From Coniocarpon cinnabarinum (lineage: Eukaryota), in assembly GCA_051942205.1 (NCBI GenBank), contig JAVECO010000130.1, positions 1 to 64,000 on the forward strand: a stretch of DNA of 64,000 nucleotides, in the 5' to 3' direction. The notes below the pieces were generated by a model. That model was not told the origin of the DNA, searched no databases, and was given only the letters and a program-made list of their open reading frames with translations. A program made the position numbers and the translations under genes. Shown one piece after another: positions 48,158-59,554 of the stretch; the first letter of the stretch is position 1, and each line of letters begins with the position of its first letter.

Positions 48158-50007
48158 CACCGCCCGTCTTGTGTGAATGCTGCGCGGTTGGATTGGAGCA
48201 AGGTACAACTCAGCTATCGTATTGCGAAGACGCATGCTTATATCTGAGCTCGTTCGTATCGCCCATGACTTGCAAAGCTGGAGAGCGAAGCCCGGCTGAT
48301 GTGTTGCGAGCACACACTATTCCCCTAACTATGTCAGGCTTTGTTCAGCACAATGCAGCCTGTCCATAAGAGTACCAAGTCTCAATCCAGACCCAATTAT
48401 TGTCGATATTGTTGTGGTTGGCTTTTCAAGAAAGATAGCTAGTGCTCGCGTGATTCTTCGAGAGCGTGCACAATTTTGACGTTGTGAGCCCAGTTGTTCC
48501 CCACTTGCAAGGGATCATCCTATGCCAGCCAGCAGGCTCTCCATTCTCCTGCACAGGATCATCCTCGAACTGAAGACAGGGCTGATGTCAGCGGGTTGTG
48601 ATCAAAGGAGCTTCGGAACATTTTAAGCATTCAAGCTTGGCCACGCATGATGGTAGCCGTTGTCTGTTCTGCACTTCGGTCGACAGTGCATGTGTCTCCA
48701 GCGTGGCAGAAGCTTCAGTATTGAGCGAATGTTCGCAAGCTGGATCCTTGGATGACATGGCCAGATTGTCTGCTGAAGTATTGTGTGACACGCTTGCGAA
48801 TGAGGTGGAGAGAAAGCGACTCGAATCACTGTCTCCTATATCTGCATATCTACGTGCGAAGTTTCTGACTTGCTAGTGGTGGATATGTATCTATGAGGGT
48901 CATGGAAAAAATTCGGCACTGGATTTGAGTCTAGGCGACGAGCATGTACAATACGAACAATTCGGGTCACAAAGCTATAAGTATGACGGCGAGAGCCCTT
49001 TGTGACTCGGGGAACGCTGGATCAAAAATCTAGCAGCCACCTCCTTGCGAGGCCCTTACTATCATATGTTGATCGGTCCCAGAATTCTGCTTGGTTGGAT
49101 TCAGCGGTTACCGTCTGACCTCGAAAGACTACTCGTACAAACCTACAGGGGCAGCTTGCGCGGATATGGTCACGAGAAAGTTGCCTCTCATCTGTGATAA
49201 AGTAGACATATACAGGAGAGCGAATGGGTCGAGTATTCAAGCCCCCGGCCTATCCTATTAGAAAGCGAGGACATCACCAGGCGATGTCTGGTTTTGAGTC
49301 CGAGGTCGTGACTCGAGTTTGCTATCAGCTCGAGCCCATCTATATAACCGTGACAAGGTCCCTGTTGTTGCCAAAGACGCTTCTTGCTTCAGGGCCCGTT
49401 GACGAAAACCATTTGGCAGCTCTCCGCTCGGCAACGACAGACGTCTCTGACATGTAGTGAGAATTCAGGTCGATGCTATCTTCAGGTCTGCGCCTTCCAC
49501 CGGCACTCAAGGAAGTGCACGTGACGAAGAGAAACAAGCCCCCAAGGAGCGTCTGAAACACAAGTCTCATTTCCACACTTCAAAGCAGTCAATGCAAATG
49601 CTCTCAGCAAACTCCGTCCATTAGCTCAAACCACAGAGCCAAGGATGAAGTATTGGCTTCACCAAAGCTTACCTCCCGCCACGGGAATCTTGCACGGCAC
49701 GAGTTGATCATACTCCTGGAGAGTATGTATTGTCTTTGGATGGCGATGCAACATGGAGGGAACTGAGAGTCACAAGTCCAAACAATGCAAGATCCGAGGA
49801 GCAGACCGTGTCGCAAGCGCTCACACACATTCAAACACACATGCGCATGTTGATCCGACTATTACGACCGGACTTTTGATTGCTTTTTTAGGAACTACAT
49901 AGTCTATTTTCAAAGCTGGGGCTGGCCTGGATTCTGCGGGTCCAAAAAGCAAGATCTGGTTGCGTGTCGGCTGAGTTGTCTAGGATGAGTTGTCTAGGCT
50001 GATTTGT

Positions 50008-50406
50008 CTAGGCTGTAGGACTGCACTCAAACACCGTAGAAGTCGCAGTGCTTTCAAAAGCGTTAGTTTGCACGACAGGACAAAAAGGGTATGGGAATAT
50101 GCCTACCCCGGTACAGCAGTTGCAAGAGTAGAGGTAGGGCACGCAAAGAGACAACGGTTCTTCGGTGTTGGGACGACAGAGCTGCAGCCAGCAGGGCAAG
50201 CGACTAATGAAGTCGATGTCACTTGGTCTGCATAGTGCTCGCAGCCACAAGTGGCAAAATAGCCAACGGTTACTGGGCATTTAGGTCCACCTTGAGCCAT
50301 GCTATTGACGGTGTTAGCAGTTTCAGGAAAACAGCGAGCTATCGAGTTGCATATACGTGAAGCTAGCCAGAGCCGACAGCATGGCAATCGTGGCGAGGAG
50401 TTGCAT
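50008..50406 (-). CDS. Small secreted cysteine-rich protein (95 aa, 8 Cys)
   Basis: Exons 50357-50406, 50107-50301 and 50008-50050. Introns of 55 and 56 nt carry CTAAC branch points. Signal peptide MQLLATIAMLSALASFTMA. Confidence 0.8.
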
Positions 50407-52489
50407 GCTGAGAGAGAGTAAAGCAAATACGTTTTTGAGAAAGAAGAGTCGAGGTCAGGGTGTATCGTTCGTGTGTTGGCGTGCTTGACTGGAAGGGTTA
50501 CTTGAGAGGCAATGCAGTCCAGCTTTATAGCCGTGAGGACTCGGCCAGGCCTTGGAGCAAAATTTCTAAGCCGAGTCAGCAACAATGCTCACAAACGTAA
50601 GCCATTGGCAGATTCCGCTTGTTGATGAGCTTTGGGCTTGCTGACTCCTAACGGTGGGTCGCAAAAATTGCCTATGACAATATTGAAATCTTTGAATGGG
50701 TAAGTTGGCTTACCAAACGAGCAAGCTGCAGATGTTCAGCACAGTCTTTTCAGGCTAGAACCGCTCGCAGACAATTAATGTTATGTCATATAAATGTTGC
50801 CTACACCGCCTCGGACACCACGCGCCTTGCGAGTACTGATATGACTTCCAGCATCAGGGGAATGTTCGGACGGACTCATCAAGTCCAGTTATATGCTCTT
50901 GCGAGCCAGACTCGCCAAGCCAAACGCATCAGTCGTCCCGTAACGAGGACGTAGAAAGGTTGAAACCCGTTGGAAATCTGCAAGGTACCGTTCTAGGGCA
51001 CGAATCAATCCAATATTCCCAGGAGCTCTACGTCAAAAGCGGGAAGGGAGCCACGGAGAGTTGTCAGCACAACAGCGTGCCGGCCACGTTAAGTTCGGCG
51101 CAATGACTAGCCCAGGCCAAGATCCGGGGCGACATTGCCTTTCCAACGACTCCTCCGATGACCGCACTAGAGCTGTGTCGAATTCGATCGAATCACATTG
51201 AGTTTGCGACAGGAGATTGACATGATGTCGGACGAATCTTCAAGACATGGAAGAAACGAGAAGCTTGGTTGACGCCTGGCAGGTGGTTCGTGACGGCACA
51301 GCGTTTGTGCACGCAGGAAACTAGGCTTGGAGCTAGCTTTGGAGCGCGGAGGATCCGACAAGAACGGGCGTGGAAAGGCTGTCAAAGAACCGGGGACTAA
51401 GCGCAGGGTGATTCCACCATGACACGAAGGCAGGCTATTGTGCGACCCAATCATACTGACTGGACCGTGGGCACAAAATCGAAGAGCAAGTGAATGCGAA
51501 GCCTCCGTAAAACGATTGGATATGTTGACCGATTGCACGGTTCCCACCTACATCAAGTACAGCGTACATAGCTGGACGGTCGCAGCACGCTGTGTCTTGC
51601 TGCAGAGAGGCGACCGGTTCGGCTGACACGGCTGGCATACGGATGCGCACGGCTCCTTTGTTGCTCAGAAGCGGTAGGGCAATACCTGAACGCCGCCTTC
51701 CCTGCACTTTTCCTAAAATTAGAGGAGTTGACGTCAACTAAAGGGGCTGACGCTCTGCGTCTGTGATGAGTTGAGGAGGATGTCGGGAAAGCTGACGTTG
51801 TCCGCGCAGGCGGTCATTCACTCATATCGAGCTGGGAAAGCAGGCAAGCACGCACAGTGGGACAGCAAGGAGATGCCACGTGATAGGCTTCGACAATCTG
51901 CCAGGATAGGCAGTCGATGAAGTAAATCTGCACCTGCCTCACGGATGGAACACCGACATGCTTGGAATTGGGTGAAGCGCCGGCTGCTCACGTGGCTGAG
52001 ATGACGGACCATCGCAGAGTTTGGATGAAACGAGGCTTAGCGGCTGGGCGCGGAGCTAGGGTGCCTCAGTGTAGCACTCGTGGCACCTCACGCACGCTCG
52101 TCTAGAGGACCAATTACGTGAGGTCGTGGTGTACGCTGGCGAGATAGACAGAGAAAGCACACCCGATGACTCCACTCTAGGCATTCTTGCCTCGTGCTTC
52201 TTCGATGATCCTGCGCCACAATGTCGTGATCTCCTCTCGACTCTCCTCCACCTCGCCGCACCTCACCACGTCCGCTTGCTTGATAAACCCATCAAGACAT
52301 GCTGACGCACAATCCATCGGAGAACCTTGGTGGCTGAGCAGGTCTAGAGACGACCTCTTTCGATAGGGCGAGTCAACGCACCAAGTCCGGTCATTTTCCA
52401 AGCAGCAACGCTTTGGAGAAAGACTCTGGACCGTTCTGAGGGTCGTGCAGCCGTTGCGTCAGCTCGGCATCAGCCTCGTCACAGCGAAT

Positions 52490-53563
52490 ATGCAAGTCTC
52501 ACATTTCCATCGCCATTGTCTTCTCTCCAATTGATACAGTCAATAACATTCTGCATCAAGGTCAAACTTCGGAGCTGAGTTCCTAAATCATCTCTCGCCG
52601 CCCGGCGCCACCCTCTCTCACTACGACCGCACCAAGCATCACGATGCTCAGCCCAAGGCAACCTATGCTGCGTTTGAGCCGCCGCAGACGTTCCTCGACG
52701 CCATGTCCATTCGTGAAGCTGTCTTCGTCGAAGAGCAGAAGGTTCCGATCGAGAACGAATACGATGCCGATGACCGCAGAAGCCATCACTGGGTGACGTA
52801 CGCGTCCGTTTCTCGCCCAACCAACCGTGGTAGCGTGGCTTCTTCGGGCGACCTGGAACCTTTGGACAGCTCCCGCAAACCGTCCAAAGAGGAGGAGCGC
52901 CGCCGTTCGCAGCCCACGAGCACGAAGCTGGCCGTGGGCACAGTCCGTCTTGTTCCCCCACCCCATGCACCTCATCCGGCTCCAAACTCTCACCATAAGA
53001 TCGATAACGCCGAGGCTGCTTCCCCAGACCGCCCCACTGAAACTACTGCCCCAGCTGCAGCACTCGCCAAGTCTCACGAGAAGCCCTACGAAGTCCCCGG
53101 CTTTGGCATCATTGATCCGAAAGAGCCCTATCTCAAACTTGGTCGGCTTGCAATCCTGCAGCCATACCGTCGTTTGGGCATGGGCCGCATGCTCTTGGAA
53201 GCCGCCCTAGAGTTCGCTGGGCAGCATCCAGCAGATGTCATGCCGCCCCCACCTACTGGCGCAGAACGTGAGCGTCAAGCCGAACACTACCGGAACAACT
53301 CTGACCCAACCATGGGGTCGCCCGTAGCTTTGGCTCTCAGCAACACGCACGATATCGACGATTGGGCCCTTGGCAGCGGGGAACCCGTTTACGATGGCGG
53401 ACCATGGAAGGGCTTGGTGCTAGTTCACGCTCAGAAGCATCTTGAAAAGACGTACGCCAAGTGGGGGTTTGTCCGCGACGACGCGCTTGGGGTCTGGGAT
53501 GAGGAGGGAATCGATCACATTGGCATGTGGCGCCGCGTATTCGTCGTGGACCAGCGTGGCTGA
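52490..53563 (+). CDS. GNAT acetyltransferase (ElaA/YjcF-like)
   Basis: REAVFVEEQ, VGTVRL, KLGRLAI..YRRLGMGR, VHAQ and EEGIDHIGM motifs. The frame is open upstream of ATG 52703 to 52562; start inferred at 52490 via an intron. Confidence 0.85.
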
Positions 53564-54117
53564 ACCTGACTGCTGTGTGGTCTGCGCCCAAACGGAAGTC
53601 CCTTTCAGCAGTCACTGCCACCACCGCGCAGTGGGTCGCCCTCAACAATGACCTGCGAAAAGTGAGAGTGATGGCTTTTTGCACTAAAAAGAGCTGAGCT
53701 CTGCTCGCTCACTGCATTAGCGATAGGCGTTGTAGGATCTGGAGCGTGACTTATACACATGCACTTTGCACGTTGAGTATGTCATCAATCAACAATAAAC
53801 TGCCACGTATTATCTTGACCTTCCAGTCTATGCCAAGACGAAGCTACGCCGTAGCGATTCAACGTGAATGCTGCAGAAAACATCCACATAGTCCCCTCAC
53901 GTGGGACTCTTCTGGCGTGTCGCCTCTCGATCCCCAGCGGGCATTCAATAACATCAAGCGCCTTCGACTCGTTTCAGGCTTGTACTGTTCTCTACTACTA
54001 TTCATTGCCCGTAGCCGTCCAAAATCCTTGTGTGCCTGTCCAGTGGTCGCACTGCATTTTGTCTTTTGCAGCTTGAACAAGCTCCGGACCGATGTGGAGG
54101 AAGAAGACTCAATATCA

Positions 54118-56412
54118 TCACAGCTTCGCCTTCGCCTTCTTCGCATCTATACTCCACTCCTCCCAAGGTGGTACGTACTTTCCTTCACCCTTGACCACCT
54201 CGTCGTCCTCGAATTTCACGTTCATCGGGGTCTTGTTCAACGGATTTCGGTGATGCGCCCATTCCCATAACCGCTCGTAAACTTCTCCCTCTTCGTTACC
54301 TAGCGCACTGTCGAGTAAGAAATCTGGAATAGCCCAGCTGTCGACTAACTTCACGGCGTGCGGGCGGACATCGATCATGAGACCTGAGAGGAGATTTGGT
54401 ATGGCGTGGACGTCGCGGGCCGTGACGATTGGAGGTGTGTGAGACAGGAACGAGAGCCCGTGGGCATACACTGTGTGGAGACTGTACAAGCGAAAAAGCG
54501 TGTGCAGAACGGATCGAGCGGCCACCGGCGGTGCCGCTGATGAGGATTGTGGCGTTTGCAACGCAGCGTGAAAGTTGCGAACGAGCAGGGCTTGTGCAAA
54601 GGCGTTGCTCAGCTCATGCATGCGCATCTGCACGTCTTGCTCGCCTTTGCCACCTCGGCGGGCCTGCCAAACATCAACAGCAAGCGCGGCTGCCCGCCTT
54701 TCAAACGCCCGCACGATGGCAGTCGAGCTCTTCAACACTGGCTGGATGGTCTTCACACGGGTGCCACTCCGTCTCAGCACAAGCACCTGTGCTATGCTCT
54801 TCGTAATCCAAGCGTCGACCTCAGTCCCACTGTTCAGCCTCCTCTCATCCCATCCGACTTTCTCCAGGTGCTCAGACACAGCACCAACGCGCTTGACGAG
54901 CCATCGCGCTGCCTGTGCTGTGATCATCCAGTTGTCGCCCTCCACGGTTACTTTGCTCAAATAATCAGCGTTCAGCCCCACGAACCCCGAATATCCTCCA
55001 AAACCATGTCCACCACACGCTCGGCGACAGATCTCGATCCCATTAGCAGCATATTCGGTACATTGAGACTTGAGGGCTGATGACTGCGCGTGCAAAGAGG
55101 AGAGAAGAGAGAAGTCATGGGTGGATTCGATAAGAGAGCGAGAAGAAGAATAGAGCTGACATATCGAGAGACCAGTGTAGTGCAGGGCAAATGTCTGGGC
55201 AAGGAGGGGAAAGAGACGAGAGTGTACGGTGGGATAGTCCAAGACTTGCAGTTCAACCTGTGGTCCGTCTGATGACCTTTGTGACATAGAAGAAGAGGAA
55301 GACGTAGGAAACTGATTCACAGCATCACGTGAAGGAAACTGTCGTCGCATCGCAGTGTATCGAATTGCGATGGTCACAGCTCTCGCCAACACCAATCGAG
55401 CATGCAGGATGATATGCGCCCGAATGCTCGTCAAACTCCCATACACGACCGCCGCGTTGGCGGGTTTGGTATATCGCCCGCTCGCCGGATCGATGTGCGA
55501 GTACCGAGTGAGGAAAGCCGAATGTGGGACTCGGTGCCGATCGAAGAGCATGTAGCCATTGTCCATGGAAGCGTAGCCATACTTGGGGCCAATATCACCA
55601 ACAAGGATACCAGGAAGTGGAAGGTGAGTTGACTGATCACGGATCTGAATCACGAATGGATGAGGTCCCAGGTTCACTAGGTCCTTGTCTTCGCTCAGGG
55701 AAGTACTGGAGGGTCCGGTAGGGTCATCATTCGCCGGGTATATTGTCTGTCTGGAAGCATCGACAGCACTGGCAGCGGACTGGGCGGCACGAGGCAAAAA
55801 CACTTGCGCGACAACGATCGCATGGGTAGCCGTACGGCCCATACTGCCATTCCACCATTTTGAAGCCGTAACCGTTGGACTATGCAACACGAACTCGCGA
55901 GCCGCAACATCATACACGGCTTGACATTCGAGGCCTCGCACGTTACTCCCGTGTCCCATCTCCGTCTGCGCATACGCACCCAGAATCTCCCAGCGCTCAA
56001 TCAACGGGATCCAGTGCTGTTTTTGATCCTCGCTTCCCTGCTCTCGCACAGTCGTCGCAAACATGCCCATGTGGAGATGGTACGGGCTCATCTCATCCAC
56101 AAGGTACTCAGCCATGTCGTAATCAGCTTTACTCCATGCATGCTTTCGACCGAGACGTCTTAAGAGCTTCGCTCTCGCGAGTCCAAGCTTGTATCGATCA
56201 GGGCGGGAAAGATGAAGTTGCCAATCCTTCTGAAAGATGGGTTCATTTCTGATGAGAGCTAGAATACGGGATTGGCGGTTTAAGAAGTCGTCGTGGCACA
56301 GGAGATGCTGGGTCAGTTCCGGTACAGGAATAGAAGATCGGGATCGCTCTTCTGCCAACGTTGCCTGTGTACTTGGCGAGGCAAGCTTAAGAGTGGCGCT
56401 GAAGTTTGACAT
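54118..56412 (-). CDS. Peroxisomal acyl-CoA oxidase, PTS1 -AKL
   Basis: GAYAQTEMGHGSNVRGLE, KWWNGSMG, GDIGPK, CRRACGGHG and catalytic TVEGDN motifs. Single uninterrupted ORF. Confidence 0.95.
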   Translation of the reverse strand: MSNFSATLKLASPSTQATLAEERSRSSIPVPELTQHLLCHDDFLNRQSRILALIRNEPIFQKDWQLHLSRPDRYKLGLARAKLLRRLGRKHAWSKADYDMAEYLVDEMSPYHLHMGMFATTVREQGSEDQKQHWIPLIERWEILGAYAQTEMGHGSNVRGLECQAVYDVAAREFVLHSPTVTASKWWNGSMGRTATHAIVVAQVFLPRAAQSAASAVDASRQTIYPANDDPTGPSSTSLSEDKDLVNLGPHPFVIQIRDQSTHLPLPGILVGDIGPKYGYASMDNGYMLFDRHRVPHSAFLTRYSHIDPASGRYTKPANAAVVYGSLTSIRAHIILHARLVLARAVTIAIRYTAMRRQFPSRDAVNQFPTSSSSSMSQRSSDGPQVELQVLDYPTVHSRLFPLLAQTFALHYTGLSICQLYSSSRSLIESTHDFSLLSSLHAQSSALKSQCTEYAANGIEICRRACGGHGFGGYSGFVGLNADYLSKVTVEGDNWMITAQAARWLVKRVGAVSEHLEKVGWDERRLNSGTEVDAWITKSIAQVLVLRRSGTRVKTIQPVLKSSTAIVRAFERRAAALAVDVWQARRGGKGEQDVQMRMHELSNAFAQALLVRNFHAALQTPQSSSAAPPVAARSVLHTLFRLYSLHTVYAHGLSFLSHTPPIVTARDVHAIPNLLSGLMIDVRPHAVKLVDSWAIPDFLLDSALGNEEGEVYERLWEWAHHRNPLNKTPMNVKFEDDEVVKGEGKYVPPWEEWSIDAKKAKAKL

Positions 56413-57046
56413 GTCCGCTTCAATGATTTTCCAAGGATGGATTCAAGTTCCTATGCGTTTGCCAACGAGCGTTTGGACCCCCTGCGGAGAAATGGGCACT
56501 GCGGCTCAAACGAGCTCCTTGATATTGCGCTTCGACCCGTACACGACGGCAAGGGCCTCGTTGGATAGTACTTGCCGCCCTGCAATTCAGTCGTTGACTA
56601 CTTATGAAGGGCTATTACCATTATACTCGCGGGTTTATGACCTGGTTTGTTCTTATCGTACAGGCTCGTTGCCCAAGTTGAGATCCGGCAACGACTTCTG
56701 TCCGTGACCCATGCGAGAAGTCCTGAAACATTTGGATAAGATGTAATTCTGCCATGAAGTATACGGTTCGATCTCGGCAAGAATCTGGGGAAACGTGGGG
56801 TTTCATGTCGAGTCATGCACGCGCAACCGAGTTTATCCGGCGGATCCCTGTTTGAAGCTTCAGATGCACGGACCGGTGGTGCTGGAGGGGACTTACCTCA
56901 AAGGAGACGACTCGTCCTCGGGGTGCGCAAGTGTCATTAGCAAGCCAGAACAGTCCTGCAGCGCTGAAACAAATGAAGGTCGCATTTAGCTGTGTAAGGA
57001 CTGGGTGACACAAAGGAGAGGGTCTTGCCAGGTTACATGCAAAAGA

Positions 57047-58949
57047 ATGGCAACGACCATGGATGATAATAAGGACCGGACTTGTTTTCAGCCATCTCAT
57101 AGAGGGGACAACATCCTGCCAAATACTGCATTTTTGGCGCAACTCTTGAGACATGCACACCGAGGCCGTATAGCCATCAGAGATGACAACGCTGGGATTG
57201 AACGGACTTACACTCAACTGGTAGCTGATGCCCTTTCGCTCCGCAAACAAGTTTCCGAGGCTTTGAGTGCAGACACCCGAGCAGCTCTCGATCACGGCGA
57301 GGAAGTCTTTGTGGGTGTATTAGCGCCTGGAGGTTACGCATACGCTGTAGCTGTGATTGCAGTTTACGCTCTTGGCGCGGCAGTGGTTCCAATGAGTCTG
57401 TAGCCGCACAATCTGGTCCGCAGGCACGCTGACACTCCATAGCTGTAGCGCTCCCGGCACACGAGGCTGTGTACTTTGTAGAGAAATCCCGCCAGGTCGC
57501 CATTGTGGCTTCGTCGGATGCGATGAGCCTGGCAGGATCTGCAGCTCGACGTCTTAGCCAGAGCAGAACAGATTGCATCAGTGTAGTCAACGTCGATACC
57601 CACCTTTCTCACAAAGACTCCGATCCAAGTAACTTCCTCATCAGCTCCGATCGTCATCTCGATGAGAACGGCGCTGGCCTTGTAATTTTCACTTCTGGGA
57701 CCACGGGCCCACCCAAGGGAGCTGTACATCGAAGAGGCTTCATCACCGAAGAGACACGAGCAGTCGCGGAGCATTATCAAATTGGCCCACGAGATGTACT
57801 GCTTCACGTGCTGCCCGTGCATCACGCCACAGGGGCTATGATCAACTTTTTCCCATTCCTTGCCAGCGGTGCCTGTATAGAATTTCGGTCAGGTAGCTTC
57901 GACCCAGATTGGATGTGGCGACGATGGCGCAGGCGTGATCTTACGTTCTTTTCCGGTGTTCCAACGATATACATGTAAGCATCAGTGCGACCCGTTATGG
58001 TAGTTGTATGACTGAGGTGAATGTGCAGGCGTATGATGCGGTACTACGAGCAGCATTTGGCGAAGATGCCCATCGTCGAGCGGCAACCATTCGAAGAGGG
58101 AGCGAACTCTATCAAAGTGATGATGTGTGGGACCAGCGCACTCCCCCGGCCTGTGCAGCATTTCTGGACGCAAGTCAGAGGCGGTAAGATAATACACACG
58201 CGTTATGGATCCACTGAGGCAGGCGCCATCTTTAAAGTGCCTTTAGACCCTAAGGGCGTTCCCGATGGCTCAGTTGGTGAGGTCGCACCGGGAGTCGACG
58301 TTCGCTTGAGTGAGGGTGACGAGGGTGAGATACTCGTGAAGTCTCCTTTCATGTTTTCCAAGTATGATTCTTTCTGCTCATGATTAGCATCTCCAGTCTG
58401 ACACGTTTTTGAAGATATCTATACGACAATGTAGCGACGGCAGCCGCTTTCGATGTGAATGGCTATTTCGAAACGGGGGACATCGCCTCGCGTGTTGGAA
58501 GATTTTATTGGATCGTTGGGCGAGCGTCACAGGACATCATCAAGTCCGGTGGATACAAAATCTCCGCTCTTGACGTCGAGCGAGAGTGTCTGTCGCTGCC
58601 ATACATCGCAGAGGTGATGTGTGTTGGTGTGGAAGATGAAGACTTGGGACAGCGAGTTGGCGCTGTGCTGAGCCTGAGAGATGATCAGGATACGTACGTT
58701 GCCAGCCCTTGTAGCGGCAAGACAGCACTCACTCTAGATCTATTGAGACGGGATCTCAGTCTCCGGATCGCTAGATACAAGATGCCGACATTACTTCGTG
58801 TGGTGGAGGGCGAGTTACCCAAGACTGCAAGCGGGAAAGTTTTGAAACGAGTGCTGGGCCCGCAATTGCTGCCCAGTCCACAGTGGAAGACGATCGATAA
58901 AATCCACGCATGGTACCCGAAAACGACCACTGCGCAAGCTAAGCTGTAG
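57047..58949 (+). CDS. AMP-forming acyl-CoA synthetase (MatB/ACSF3-like), PTS1 -AKL
   Basis: FTSGTTGPPKG, LPVHHATG, RYGSTE, TGD, DIIKSGGYKISALD and PKTASGKV motifs. Three introns. Confidence 0.92.
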
Positions 58950-59554
58950 TCGGCCACTTCAATGCCCGTCACTTTCATGCAGCTGGAGAGACCTCTCAGA
59001 TGTATGAATCACACTCCGCGCGGCGTAAGTCGAACCAACGAGCTATTTCGACATAGTTCGTGTCGTGGAATGCATGACTTCTTCGTCAGCCAGTTCGCTC
59101 TGGTTCGCGCTTCAGGAGCATAAGAGCAACTCTCATTACGTGTACGGGAGACAAGACTCAAGAAGCTCCACTTTTCATTTACACCCCGTGCCATTAACTC
59201 GAGGATTAAGAGGTCGTGGGGCCTATTCACAGGATGCAGTTAGGTTTGACTATGAGGTATGCAGAATTTGGCCACAGAACAAGCCCAGGAGACTCTCAGA
59301 GTGCCGAACTCTCTCGAGTCGATTGAAGTGCAACAACAGTAATGAATTCGCTCCAAACGTGAGGAGCACATCCGGACGGGCGGAGCAATCGAACTGTTGC
59401 AAGAGGACTGAGCGATGTGCTAGGGTCCTTGATACGAATGCAAGAAGAGGTCAAAAGCCTTGCGGGATGCAAAAGCCTCTGAAACCCGAAATCGATACTA
59501 CTGCGAATGTATCATTGATGACGAGCTTTTCGTAGCATGGTCTCCGCGTGAATG

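Noticed and set aside
48963..49009. Inverted repeat GTCACAAAG/CTTTGTGAC
   Set aside because: Short arms, no target-site duplication or second copy; insufficient for a MITE or ncRNA call.
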